Shown here one piece after another: positions 35,801-45,138 of a stretch of 64,000 nucleotides of DNA (positions are counted from its first letter, which is position 1; each line of letters begins with the position of its first letter). Location of the stretch: positions 1-64,000 of the IMG/VR virus record IMGVR_UViG_3300044899_000017. One strand, written 5' to 3'. The position numbers and the translations under genes are program-made. The notes below the pieces were generated by a model that saw only the letters and a list, made by a program, of their open reading frames with translations, was not told the origin of the DNA and did no database searches. The stretch is from a virus.

Positions 35801-37815
35801 AGTCTCTCGTGCAGGGCATCGAGAAGGGCGGGAAGGCCGGCACCACGGCGAGGCAGGACACGAACCTCGGGCCGCAGGGCGCGAGCGGGTTGCGCGCGTC
35901 GGACATCGCGCGGCCGGGCTTCACGCCGACGAAGAAGGCGCGCGGCGGCGTGATCGGCGGGCGCGGGCTGATGGACACGGTGCCCATCGGCGGCGGCGGG
36001 ATGGCGGCACCGGGCGAGGCGTGGATCGCGAACCGGCACACGCTCGGCGACCTCTCGCGTGCCACGGTCGCGATGTACGGCCTGACGGCGCAGCAGATCA
36101 TCCGCGGCGAGACGCGCCGACACGGCTACGCGCGTGGCGGGATGGCTCGCGGCGGTCCGACGGGCGGCGGCATCGGCGGCGCGAACCCGGCCGTCTCCGA
36201 GATAGCTCGCGCGGCGATGTCGCAGTTCCCCGGCCTGTCCGTCACGTCCACGACGGGCGGCGGGCACGCGACGAACTCGCTGCACTACCGCGGCGCGGCT
36301 ATCGACCTCGCCGGCGGGAACATGAACGCGGCCGCGGCGTTCATCGGGCAGCAGTTCGGGAAGACGCTCGCCGAGGGCATCCATAACCCGAACCTCTCCG
36401 TGAAGGGCGGGCACACGGTGTCGCCGGCCTTCTGGGGTGCGAAGACGTGGGCCGAACACGCGAATCACATTCACATCGGCGCGTTCGGCCTCGGCGCGAA
36501 GGGCGCCGCGGGGATGATCGGCGGCGGCATGGGCGGCGGCGGGAAGCAGTTCCCGCACGTGGCGCTGCACGGCCTCGGGCGCCAGCAGCCGGGCGTGCCG
36601 GGAGCGCTGCGCCAGCGCGGCGGCGACATCTTCGCCGCGGGCCTTCAGCGGAAGCTCAATAAGGCAATAGACAAGAAGAACGCCGCGATGGGCGGCGGCG
36701 GCGGGAGCCTCGCGGGCTTCTCCGGCGGCGGCAGCGCGACCGCGAATATGCGGCTCGGCCGGAAGATGATGCTCGCCGCGGGCTTCGGCGGCGATCAGTG
36801 GGGCGCGCTGCGGACGCTGTGGCAAGGCGAGTCGGGGTGGTCGAACACCGCGCGGAACCCGTCCTCGGGCGCGTTCGGCATCCCGCAGGCGCTCCCGCCG
36901 GGCAAGATGGGGCCGAAGGCTGCCGCCGGCGATCCTGCGGCGCAGATCGCGTGGGGCCTGAACTACATCCGCGGCCGCTACGGCTCGCCGGCGGGCGCGC
37001 TGTCGGCATGGCAGGCGCGCTCCCCGCACTGGTACGCGCGCGGCGGGCGCGCCGCCGGCGGGACGCTGCTCGTGGGCGACTCGCTCGGCGTCGGTACGTC
37101 CCCCTACCTGAAGCGGATGCTCGGCGACGTGACGACGGACGCCGTGGTCGGCCGGTCGAGCGCGAGCGGCGTCTCCGCGATGGCCGAGAAGATGCGCGGC
37201 GGCGACTTCAGCTCGATCTTCTTCGACCTCGGCACGAACGACGCGTCGGCGAAGCAGCTCCGCGCGAGCCTGAACCGGGCACGCGACCTCGCGCACGGCA
37301 TCCCGATCACCGCGGCGACCGTGCGCGGGCCGGGAGCTGCCCGGAAGAACTCGATGCTGCGCGACTTCGCGAGCGAGGGCCTGATCAGTCTCGTCGATTG
37401 GGCCGGGCACTCCGGGGGCCTCGTCGGCGGCGACGGCATCCACGCGTCGGGCAAGGGCTATAAGGCGCGGGCGCAGATGGTCGCCGGCGCGCTTCAGCAG
37501 GGTTCCGTGATGGATTGGGGCGGCGGCTTCAAGAACGGCGGCTCGATGGTCACGAACGGGCCGACCGCGTTCGTCGCCGGCGAGGGCCACCGGCGCCGCG
37601 AGCGCGTGACCGTCTCGCCGGACCTGACCGGCCGCGGCGGGCAGCACGCCGGGCCGCGCGTCGTGATCGAGAAGGGGGCGGTGCAGGTGCATATCGACGG
37701 CAGCGGGCACTCGCCGAAGGACATCGAAGCGCTGGCCGAGAAGGTCGGCACGAAGGTCGTGCGGAAGATCATCGACGCGATAGACCGCAAGGGCGGCGTG
37801 GCGGTGATCGACTGA
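32863..37815 (+). CDS. tape measure protein with M15-like peptidase, lytic transglycosylase and SGNH hydrolase domains
   Basis: 1650 aa Ala/Gly-rich; SLHYRGAAID..HIH; ESGW..A.N.SSGAFGIPQ; GDS..GTND..DGIH. Confidence 0.9.
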   Translation: MAEGTVRGAFDLDTRPAVRGVRDYRQEAERADAATKSLGSSIDDAFGPSEVAHIQTVREEMKGLGTQSRETRIEVRDQWKGMRREIEREAAGISSSIAAVKQRMGALGRERATPHVDVSGITAAIAQVDLLESRLNSLSRQRATPRVAMGGGFGGAAARAASGAAGGGRAGVFANSGTGGSGFSVGPLSGRALALGAGLGLPAVSSLAGGAVGLGGSAGGALLGAGAGGLAGFGALAVGGGSAFSVAKPAQTALAATIKVQTKYTAAVRDFGRASTQAKNAKRELDQAYADNRGVQHATRQLSAFKREWKSLTAPGRRDYFGMIGDVTQIGRRVAPNLAANANTSMHAVRGAATNFAGFAAGNETQRFLGFETQTFARELPIAERSLENVTLGIEHLIRAATPFFHEANVWVEHWSAGWADSTSNIDEQHRKMEPLVQSWRTWWHLLGTTKTLLRDIFTAGQPSGDSLVMSLDHTFQHWDDWIKQHPASTRKWFADSADSVRGMADALRHVVHWLSQMADLLRPLLDRFSQLVGFASQLGLIGTPGALAAVMGGVRGFRGRGGGGAAGGMGGGMVPYFGAPAPAAAMGGGMAGAGGMAAGGAAYLAARGRMTWGSLGPIATPEAFAQRYGGVAGARYGMPMSQVGAVRGPWASRAASGMGRVGGALKGAGRAALPLALGFSALDFATFDGGFGQKLDAGLSSLTLGALPRPRTAAQTQDAASQYVQKFQASHVDALPATLGGGTTALGRINAEIGRLSGKKGLTSGQRLLGGGDASMFGLFSTGQGNRLTDEQMAENKKRIELLNDERAALIGTNHQMAVARNRRRNEQSKLDATRFGAELPGAMSVYRRRGLSVGDAMDKTVNQVEGKLKKIRGAGVETLGEASLAWARELAKHNPALKKQVDELNDAIEARFRRMGKRVQIVNGDILTGSKREWRDIRTAMSDPIEKARAQMTDDFTAIQQKAIGSLVSMGFNRGDAQSLVQGIEKGGKAGTTARQDTNLGPQGASGLRASDIARPGFTPTKKARGGVIGGRGLMDTVPIGGGGMAAPGEAWIANRHTLGDLSRATVAMYGLTAQQIIRGETRRHGYARGGMARGGPTGGGIGGANPAVSEIARAAMSQFPGLSVTSTTGGGHATNSLHYRGAAIDLAGGNMNAAAAFIGQQFGKTLAEGIHNPNLSVKGGHTVSPAFWGAKTWAEHANHIHIGAFGLGAKGAAGMIGGGMGGGGKQFPHVALHGLGRQQPGVPGALRQRGGDIFAAGLQRKLNKAIDKKNAAMGGGGGSLAGFSGGGSATANMRLGRKMMLAAGFGGDQWGALRTLWQGESGWSNTARNPSSGAFGIPQALPPGKMGPKAAAGDPAAQIAWGLNYIRGRYGSPAGALSAWQARSPHWYARGGRAAGGTLLVGDSLGVGTSPYLKRMLGDVTTDAVVGRSSASGVSAMAEKMRGGDFSSIFFDLGTNDASAKQLRASLNRARDLAHGIPITAATVRGPGAARKNSMLRDFASEGLISLVDWAGHSGGLVGGDGIHASGKGYKARAQMVAGALQQGSVMDWGGGFKNGGSMVTNGPTAFVAGEGHRRRERVTVSPDLTGRGGQHAGPRVVIEKGAVQVHIDGSGHSPKDIEALAEKVGTKVVRKIIDAIDRKGGVAVID

Positions 37816-38696
37816 TGGCCGTGCGCGGCTCGGGTCCGGGCATCTTCAGCGGCGTTCGCGGCTCCGGGCCGGGCGTCTCGGGCGGCGGCGGCAGCATCCA
37901 CGGCGTCGGGCCGGGCATCTACGGGCCGCAGGGGATCGGCCGGAAGGGCGAGGGGCTGCGGGTCCGCATCTCGCGCATAAACGGCGAGACGCCGAAGGGC
38001 GTGCTAGCGAAGCCGCTGTACCTGCCGGCGACGCTGCGCGGCTTCGGGTGGACGGAGGAGTTCTCGCACGTCGAGTACGACACGGTGCGCTCCGGTCAGT
38101 TCTCGCAGCCGGCGATGGGGCCGGCCTCGGCGCGCCAGCTCCGCGACGTGGACGACACGGAGACGCTGACGATGGAGTGGCAGCCGGCGTGGCTCGTCGA
38201 ACACGGCGTCAATCCCGCACACGTGGCGAGCGCGCTTCGGGCCGCGGGCCGCTCGCGGAAGGCGGTCGAACTCCTCGCGTACATCCGCCGCGGCGATCCG
38301 GCGCTGCTGCGGATGGACATCACGATCCGCTCGCTGAAGACCGAACTCCGCGAGGGCGAGCCGGACACGCTGTACTACGTGCTGCGCTTCAAGGAGTGGC
38401 GCAACCCGTCCACGCGGCGCAAGGGCGCCGGGCACGCGTCGAGGCTGCCGACGACGCACACGCTTACCGCCGACGACTCGCTGTACTCGCTGTCGATGCA
38501 CTACTACCGGACGCACGAGGGGTGGGACGACATCGCTCGGGCGAACCGGATCAAGGGCTTCGGGAAGAAGACTCCGCTCGTGAAGCACCGGCGCTTCAAG
38601 GTCGGCTCGAAGATCAAGATTCCGATCCCGTCGTTCCCGACGGTGCGAGGTCCCGGCCACGTGCAGCCGGGATCGCACGGGCCGAGGATTCGCTGA
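37815..38696 (+). CDS. LysM tail-tube initiator (XkdP-like)
   Basis: HTL..DDSLYSLS..YY...W..IA.AN; position. Confidence 0.85.
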   Translation: MAVRGSGPGIFSGVRGSGPGVSGGGGSIHGVGPGIYGPQGIGRKGEGLRVRISRINGETPKGVLAKPLYLPATLRGFGWTEEFSHVEYDTVRSGQFSQPAMGPASARQLRDVDDTETLTMEWQPAWLVEHGVNPAHVASALRAAGRSRKAVELLAYIRRGDPALLRMDITIRSLKTELREGEPDTLYYVLRFKEWRNPSTRRKGAGHASRLPTTHTLTADDSLYSLSMHYYRTHEGWDDIARANRIKGFGKKTPLVKHRRFKVGSKIKIPIPSFPTVRGPGHVQPGSHGPRIR

Positions 38697-39946
38697 TGGC
38701 GACGGCGCTACAGCGGCGCGCGCGGAAGGACCGCACGGGGCGGACGCAGCGCCGGCGCTCGCACACGGCGCGCACGCGGCATCCGAACCTCGCGAAGTAC
38801 TACGGGAAGCGGCTGCCGTCCGTGACGGCGGGCGAGTTCGACTTCTCGCTGACGCTGCTCCGAGGGAAGGGCAATCGCTCGATCCCGCTCGACTCGATGC
38901 TCGTCTCGTTCGAGTGGGCCGACGAGGAGTCGATGCTGTCGGGGAACCTTCAGCTCCGGCGACCCGACGCGGAAGACCGCAGCTCGCTCCCGATTGGCTC
39001 GGGCCACCGCGTGCGGTGCCGCGTGAAGTGGGGCGCGCATTGGTACGAGCTGTGGACGATGCGCTGCTCCGCGCCGACGACGACCGTCGAGACGGGCGAA
39101 GTGTCCGTGGACCTGAAGGACGACCTCGACCTCGTGCGCCGCGGCGTGCGGCACTACCTCTTCAGGAAGACGAAGCGGCGGAAGCACGGGTACTTCGGGC
39201 ACGACGTGCTGCGGATCGCAGCTCGCCGCGAAGGCATCCGGCTCGGGCAGATCGCGAAGTGCCGGCACCGGATGGACAAGATCGACATCCACGGCTCGTT
39301 CCTTCAGCTCGCCGAGAAGGTCTACACGGAGGAGCGCACGAAGACGGGCCGGAAGTTCGTGCTGCGGATGCGCGACGGGCGGTTCGAGGTCGTGCCGTAC
39401 AAGCGGAACGCGATCCTCTACATCCTCGCCGAGCAGCTTCGGACCGCGAGCGTCGTGAAGACGCCGAAGAAGGAAAACCCGGTGACGGTGCTGAAGGGCC
39501 GCGCCCGCATCGGGAAGGGCAAGGCCGCGAAAAAGATCCGGCACACGGACTACCGTCGGGACCTCGTGGCGCGCTTCGGCTACATGGAGAAAGAGAAGGA
39601 CTTCGGCCGGGTGAAGTCGCACGCCGACCTGCGCGCGCAGATGCGCCGCGAGCTGGCGCAGGAGTACAAGATCGACACGACGTTCTCCGTGCAGCATCAG
39701 GGCATCCCGTTCATCCGCCGCGGCGACGGCTGCCAGCTCGTGATCCCGTCGGAGGACATCACGGGCACGCGCTCGTTCGTGTACGCGACCGCCGGCCGGC
39801 ATCAGGTGCAGCGCGGGACCTACACGTCGGAGTGGGACTTCAACCGCGACGACCTGTACGAGCAGGACCGCGAGCGGCGCGAGAAGGAAGCGCGCGCCCG
39901 GAAGCGCAAGGCGCGGAAGAAGCGCAAGCGCGGGGATCAGCACTGA
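38696..39946 (+). CDS. baseplate hub (XkdQ-like)
   Basis: position; GIPFIRRGD motif. Confidence 0.75.
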   Translation: MATALQRRARKDRTGRTQRRRSHTARTRHPNLAKYYGKRLPSVTAGEFDFSLTLLRGKGNRSIPLDSMLVSFEWADEESMLSGNLQLRRPDAEDRSSLPIGSGHRVRCRVKWGAHWYELWTMRCSAPTTTVETGEVSVDLKDDLDLVRRGVRHYLFRKTKRRKHGYFGHDVLRIAARREGIRLGQIAKCRHRMDKIDIHGSFLQLAEKVYTEERTKTGRKFVLRMRDGRFEVVPYKRNAILYILAEQLRTASVVKTPKKENPVTVLKGRARIGKGKAAKKIRHTDYRRDLVARFGYMEKEKDFGRVKSHADLRAQMRRELAQEYKIDTTFSVQHQGIPFIRRGDGCQLVIPSEDITGTRSFVYATAGRHQVQRGTYTSEWDFNRDDLYEQDRERREKEARARKRKARKKRKRGDQH

Positions 39947-40302
39947 TGGCCGTCCGCGACGAGCCGGAGCTGCTGAACGCTCGCCGCGCGTTCCCGAAGG
40001 CGCAGCAGCTCCTCGCCGGCGTGCCGCTTCGGCGGCTGCCGGGCACGGTCACGGTCGGGTGGCACGACTCGCGCACGCACGGCGAGGCGGGGGCGGTCGC
40101 CGTGGTGGGCGTCGGCGCCGGCCTCGACGATCTGATCGGCGAAGTGGTGCGCGTCAGTAGCGGCGCCCGCGAGGTCTTCGTGTACGTCGTGGCCGCGCGC
40201 CCGGTGCCGGTGGCGCTGTCGCTGTGGCGTCGGGCGTTCTTCCCGAGCCTCGGGCTGCTCGCGGCCGAGTCGAAGCAGTGCATCGTGGAGGTCGTGGAGT
40301 AA
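39946..40302 (+). CDS. hypothetical baseplate-region protein
   Basis: coupled at both ends. Confidence 0.7.
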   Translation: MAVRDEPELLNARRAFPKAQQLLAGVPLRRLPGTVTVGWHDSRTHGEAGAVAVVGVGAGLDDLIGEVVRVSSGAREVFVYVVAARPVPVALSLWRRAFFPSLGLLAAESKQCIVEVVE

Positions 40303-40586
40303 TGGCGCGCACGGTGTACGACGAGCTGGCCGACCGGCTGCACGGCCTCGCGCATCGCACGGCGAAGGCCGCGTCGCCGCCGGTCGAGCGCGGGAAGGTG
40401 ACGCACGCGGACCCGCTCGTCGTCGAGATGATCGACTCCGACCTGACGCTCGAAGAGGGCGACCCGGACGTGGAGATAGACCGCGGCCTGCTGACGGACC
40501 GCCCGGCGGTCGGCGACACGGTGCGGGTCCATAAGGACGGCGGGCCGGGCGGCTCCGACTACGTGATCGCGGGGGTGGTGGAGTAG
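40302..40586 (+). CDS. baseplate spike (XkdR-like)
   Basis: GKV...PLVV...GD.V.V...YVI.G. Confidence 0.7.
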   Translation: MARTVYDELADRLHGLAHRTAKAASPPVERGKVTHADPLVVEMIDSDLTLEEGDPDVEIDRGLLTDRPAVGDTVRVHKDGGPGGSDYVIAGVVE

Positions 40587-41125
40587 TGGCGGGCCTCGAC
40601 GGCTTCGAGCTGATCCCGGACGACGACGACCTCGCGCCGAGCGCCGACGAGGAGCTGAACGCGGCCGCGGCCTCGGCGCTCGAAGACCCGGAGGCGCCGA
40701 TCACGGTCCCGACGGACGATCCCGACCCGCTCGGGTACTCGTGGGCGTTCGACTTCGCGGCGGGGCGCTTCATCCGGCAGGGTGGGCGCCCGGCGCGCGT
40801 GACGGGCTACAAGGCGCTAGAGCAGCGGTGCCTGATGGCGCTGTACTCGGCCCGGTACGCGCACGCCGTGTTCTCGGACACGTTCGGCGTCGAGCGGCCG
40901 CAGGAGGGCATCGGCGAGGCCGGCGACGGCGCGCACGTCGCCGCCGAGGACTGGCGCGTGCAGCTCCGCGAGGCGCTGCTCGCTTTCGACGACGTGGCCG
41001 ATGTCTCGCTCGACACGGGATACGACCCGGTGGACGGCGTGATCTACATATGGAATCTCGTCGTGACGACGAACGAAGAGGTCGAGCTGCCGTTCGACGA
41101 CATAGCGATAAGCGTGGAGGACTGA
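40586..41125 (+). CDS. baseplate wedge/sheath initiator (XkdS/DUF2634-like)
   Basis: WAFDF..G.F...A.EQ....L...RY.H.VFS..FG.E. Confidence 0.8.
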   Translation: MAGLDGFELIPDDDDLAPSADEELNAAAASALEDPEAPITVPTDDPDPLGYSWAFDFAAGRFIRQGGRPARVTGYKALEQRCLMALYSARYAHAVFSDTFGVERPQEGIGEAGDGAHVAAEDWRVQLREALLAFDDVADVSLDTGYDPVDGVIYIWNLVVTTNEEVELPFDDIAISVED

Positions 41126-41128
41126 GCG

Positions 41129-42340
41129 ATGGCGACGGCCGACGAGGAACTACTCGACTTCCTGCCGCTGTACCCGGACGACGACGAGGAGTCGATCCTC
41201 GAACGGATGCGGGTATGGGCGAACGAGGGCCTAGACCCGGCCATCGACACGGACGCATGGGTGGACACGTCGGAGGGATCGCACTGGCACGCGTGCGTGA
41301 TGCCGACGGTGCGCGAGCTGGCGCGCCTGTACGACCTCGCCGGCACTGAGGTCCCGGCCTCGGGCTTCCCCGTGTGGGCGTGGGCCGACTACCTCGACGA
41401 CCACGCCGAGGTTCAGGACATCGTGCGGCTGCCGGCGACGCCGGCGGCGGGCGTGGCGACCTTCAGGGGGCCGGAGGGCACGCTGATCGCGACGGGCACG
41501 ACCGTCTCCGTCGAGGTCGTGACGGAGGACGCCGCGGTGCCCGAGTTCGAGGTCACGGCGGGAGGCGTGATCCCGGCGCCCATCGCGCCGGCGGTGGTCG
41601 GCGTGCTGTCCGTGCCGATCAGCGCGACGGAGGATGGCGTCCTCGGGAACGTCGCCGCCGGCGCCATCACGGAGTTCTCGACGCCGCCACCCGAGCCGAC
41701 GGTCACGGTCACGAACGCCGACCCGACGTTCGGCGGCACGGAGGCCGAGTCGGACGAGGGCCTGCGCGAGCGCGTCCTCGGCGCCTTCACCGGGCAGGGC
41801 GCCGGCAATAAGCGCGATTACGAGCGGTGGGCGCGCGCGTGGGCCGGCGTCGGCCGCGTGACGGTGATCCCGCTGTGGAACGGGCCGGGCACGGTGAAGG
41901 TGATCGTGACGGACGCGAACGGCGACCCGGTGACGCCGGAGACGGTGGCCGGGCTTCAGGCCGACCTCGACCCGGTGCCCGGACACGCCGAGGGGCGCGC
42001 TCCGGTGTCCGCGAACGTGACGGTCGAGACGGCCACGGCGCGGCCTATCGAGGTCGTCGCGCTGATCGAGTTCGAGCCGGGCTACTCCCTCGACGGGGAT
42101 GCCGGCACGGTGGCGCTGCGGACGATGGTCGAGGACGCGCTGCGCCAGTACATCGAGCGGGTCGAGCCGGGCGGCGAGGTCGTGATCGCGAAGGTGCGCG
42201 GCGTGATCGTGACCGTGCCGGGCGTCCACGATGTCGGCGCCGTCACCATCGAAGGCGGCGCGGTGAACGTCGCCATCGACGACGACCCGCCGGAGGTCCC
42301 GACGCTGCCCGTGCCGACGCTGACCGAAGGCGCCGTCTGA
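41129..42340 (+). CDS. baseplate J-like protein (XkdT)
   Basis: GG.EAESDE.LRER, GN..DY..WA...GVG...V.PLWNGPGTVKV. Confidence 0.95.
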   Translation: MATADEELLDFLPLYPDDDEESILERMRVWANEGLDPAIDTDAWVDTSEGSHWHACVMPTVRELARLYDLAGTEVPASGFPVWAWADYLDDHAEVQDIVRLPATPAAGVATFRGPEGTLIATGTTVSVEVVTEDAAVPEFEVTAGGVIPAPIAPAVVGVLSVPISATEDGVLGNVAAGAITEFSTPPPEPTVTVTNADPTFGGTEAESDEGLRERVLGAFTGQGAGNKRDYERWARAWAGVGRVTVIPLWNGPGTVKVIVTDANGDPVTPETVAGLQADLDPVPGHAEGRAPVSANVTVETATARPIEVVALIEFEPGYSLDGDAGTVALRTMVEDALRQYIERVEPGGEVVIAKVRGVIVTVPGVHDVGAVTIEGGAVNVAIDDDPPEVPTLPVPTLTEGAV

Positions 42341-42894
42341 TGCCTGCGCTCGCGTCGATGACGCCGCTCGGGCTGGCGTGGCGCGACCGGCTGCCGGTCG
42401 TGCTGCGCGACTCCCCCGAACACCTAGCCGTGATCCACTCGACGATGCGCGAGGTCGAGCGGCTAGAGGCAGCCATCGAGCAGGTGCGCCGGCAGTTCTT
42501 CCCGCAGCAGGCCGACATTCTGCTGAAGGTGTGGGAGCGGCAGGTCGGCATCACGGTCGAGCCGCCGGGATGGACTATCGAGCAGCGCCGCACGGCCGTC
42601 GTCGCGCAGCTCCGGAAGATGCGCTCCTCGCCGAGCGGCGCCGACTGGATGGCCGACGTGTCGCTGCTCGTCGGCGCGGGGTGGACGTATGCCGAACACG
42701 TGCCCGGCGACGTGACCTCGCCGCCGGCCGACACGGTGCGGATCGAGCTGCCGTTCCCGCCGACCTCGGGCATGTACGGGCTGATCGAACGGACGCTCCG
42801 CGAGATGATCCCGGCGCACGTGGACCTCGTGGTGACGTTCTCCGGCGGCTTCGTCCTCGACGAGTCGCAGCTCGATCAGGAGGCGATGCAGTAG
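42340..42894 (+). CDS. baseplate protein (XkdU/DUF2313-like)
   Basis: L..WE...GI...IEQRR...IPAHV. Confidence 0.85.
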   Translation: MPALASMTPLGLAWRDRLPVVLRDSPEHLAVIHSTMREVERLEAAIEQVRRQFFPQQADILLKVWERQVGITVEPPGWTIEQRRTAVVAQLRKMRSSPSGADWMADVSLLVGAGWTYAEHVPGDVTSPPADTVRIELPFPPTSGMYGLIERTLREMIPAHVDLVVTFSGGFVLDESQLDQEAMQ

Positions 42895-42895
42895 G

Positions 42896-42929
42896 GGTAT
42901 CGGCCTACGGCCGGACCTAGACTCACTCC
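42896..42929 (+). promoter_or_regulatory. late-type leaderless promoter (fibre)
   Basis: GGTATC-N16-TAGACT-N6-GTG. Confidence 0.8.
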
Positions 42930-45104
42930 GTGGCGGTCGCTCGACATCACACGTTCATCCGCGACGAGATTCTTCCGTCGTGGTGGGCGAACGCGATTCA
43001 GGTCCCGCTGTCCGTCCTCGCGCAGAACTTCCACGTCCGCCGGCAGGCCGCGGCGAGCGTGCGCGTGCCCGCCGGGCCGGGGGAGGATGTCGCCGCCATT
43101 TCGATAGACGGGCGGTGGCGGTGGGCCGAGACAGCTCCCGGCGTCGATGCCGCGCATCCCGGCGGTGCGGCGGGCCTGTACCGCGTGTGGGCGACGGCGA
43201 AGGAAAACAACATCGTCAACGCGCCCGACCCGAACACGGACCTGACGGACTACTCGTTCGGCCTCGTGATCCGCTCGAACGCCGCCGGGCCTCCTCCGGT
43301 CGTCGCCGGCGTCGTGGACCTCTTCGTCGAGGTCGCGAACCTCGATTGGGACGGCGCGCAGATAACCGCCCTGCGCCAGTCGCGCGGTTCCGTCGCCGGC
43401 GCGCAGCTCGAAGACGGCACGTTCACGGCCGGGACGCAGATCACCTGCACGCGCCAGCCGGACGGCAGCTACCTCTTCTCGCTCGTGGCCGATGGCGTCG
43501 GCGCCGTCGCGCTCGCGCCCGGCGCGGTCACGGACGCCGAGGTCAACGCCGCGGCGGCGATAGCCGAGTCGAAGCTCGCACTTGCGTCCGACGCAGCCGC
43601 CGGCACGCCGTCGCGCCGCACTCTCGGCGCGGGGGCGCTTCAGGCAGCCGCAGGGAACGACGGCCGCTTCCCCGCCGGCGTGGACATCGTGAACGCCGAC
43701 ATCGCCGCGGCGGCAGCCATCGCCGAGTCGAAGCTCGCGCTCGCGTCCGACGCGGCCGCGGGCACGCCGTCGAGGCGGACACTCGGCGCCGGCGCTCTTC
43801 AGGCGGCAGCGGGGAACGACGCGCGACTCTCCGACACGAGGACGCCGAGCGCGGGCAGCATCACGGACGCGATGGTCGCGGTCGGCGCGGCTATCGCGAT
43901 GTCGAAGCTCGCGCTGTCGATCACGAACGCCGAAGTGAACGCGGCCGCGGCCATAGCCGAGTCGAAGCTGAACCTCGCGTCCGACGCTGTAGCGGGGACG
44001 GCGAGCCGCCGCACGCTCGGAGCGGGCGCGCAGCAGGCGACCGCCGGGAACGACGCACGGCTGTCGGACACGCGCACGCCGACGGACGCCACGGTCACGA
44101 ACGCGAAGGTCGCCGCGGCCGCGGGCATCGTCTACTCGAAGCTGAACCTCGCGGCCTCCCTCGTGAACGCCGACATCGCGGCCGCGGCAGCTATCGCGTA
44201 CTCGAAGCTCAACCTCGCCGCGAGCCTCGTGAACGCGGACGTGGCGGTGGCAGCGGCCATCGCGGAGTCGAAGCTGTCGCTCGCTTCGGATGCCGTCGCC
44301 GGCACGGCCTCGCGCCGCACGCTCGGCGTCGGGGCGCAGCAGGCCGCGGCCGGGAACGACTCGCGTCTCTCGGACACGCGCACGCCGAGCGCGGCGAGCA
44401 TCGTCGATTCGATGGTCAACGCCGCCGCAGCGATTGCAATGTCGAAGCTCGCGCTGTCGATCACGAACGCCGAGGTCAACGCGGCCGCGGCTATCGCCGA
44501 ATCGAAGCTGAACCTTGCGTCTGACGCGGCGGCAGGCACCGCGTCGCGCCGCACGCTCGGGACCGGCGCCGCGCAGGCAGCTCCGGGCGATGTCGTCGCG
44601 AACTCCATCGGGAATCGGAAGCTGCTCTGCGAGGGCACGGGCTACCTGCTCGGCGGCGACACGCCGAATGCGCTGATCTACATCCTTCAGGCCGGCGGCT
44701 CGGGCCGGCTGGTTCAGCACGGCGTCGCGGGGACCTACATCCCGGCCGTAGCTCAGATCACGGCCGCGGAGCTTGCGGTTGCGGGGAAGACGCCGAAGCT
44801 CCAGATCGAAATCCTCGGACAGTCGAACTCAAGTCTCGGGCTGAACATCTTCACGGCGCGGCTGTACTCGATCCTCAGCTCCGGGGCGGGCGGCGCGAAC
44901 ACGAACTCTTTCCAGACGAATGTCGGGCAGACGACGCTGATCGCGCTCGGCTTACTTGGGGGTTCCAACTTCCTCCGAGCCATCAGCGGCGACTTCACCA
45001 TCCCGGCAGACGGTCAGTACGTCCTCGGGCTGTCGTCGGATATAGCCGTCGCCGCGAACGCGTTCGTGTCGTTCGTCGTGCGGCTGTGGGTCCGCTGGGT
45101 CTAA
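42930..45104 (+). CDS. tail fibre protein
   Basis: after baseplate; repetitive shaft and beta-rich C-terminal tip. Confidence 0.85.
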   Translation: MAVARHHTFIRDEILPSWWANAIQVPLSVLAQNFHVRRQAAASVRVPAGPGEDVAAISIDGRWRWAETAPGVDAAHPGGAAGLYRVWATAKENNIVNAPDPNTDLTDYSFGLVIRSNAAGPPPVVAGVVDLFVEVANLDWDGAQITALRQSRGSVAGAQLEDGTFTAGTQITCTRQPDGSYLFSLVADGVGAVALAPGAVTDAEVNAAAAIAESKLALASDAAAGTPSRRTLGAGALQAAAGNDGRFPAGVDIVNADIAAAAAIAESKLALASDAAAGTPSRRTLGAGALQAAAGNDARLSDTRTPSAGSITDAMVAVGAAIAMSKLALSITNAEVNAAAAIAESKLNLASDAVAGTASRRTLGAGAQQATAGNDARLSDTRTPTDATVTNAKVAAAAGIVYSKLNLAASLVNADIAAAAAIAYSKLNLAASLVNADVAVAAAIAESKLSLASDAVAGTASRRTLGVGAQQAAAGNDSRLSDTRTPSAASIVDSMVNAAAAIAMSKLALSITNAEVNAAAAIAESKLNLASDAAAGTASRRTLGTGAAQAAPGDVVANSIGNRKLLCEGTGYLLGGDTPNALIYILQAGGSGRLVQHGVAGTYIPAVAQITAAELAVAGKTPKLQIEILGQSNSSLGLNIFTARLYSILSSGAGGANTNSFQTNVGQTTLIALGLLGGSNFLRAISGDFTIPADGQYVLGLSSDIAVAANAFVSFVVRLWVRWV
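43520..44590 (+). repeat. intragenic tandem repeats of fibre shaft
   Basis: units (I/V)xNA(D/E)(V/I)xAAAAIAxSKLxLA and SDAxAGTxSRRTLGxGAxQAAAGND repeated. Confidence 0.9.
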
Positions 45105-45138
45105 GGGTCTGTCCGAGGCGCCTGCTGCACTTCGCCGC

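Noticed and set aside
42930-45104. Fibre repeats as a diversity-generating retroelement or invertible tip
   Set aside because: No reverse transcriptase, invertase, adenine-specific TR/VR pair or flanking inverted sites were seen.
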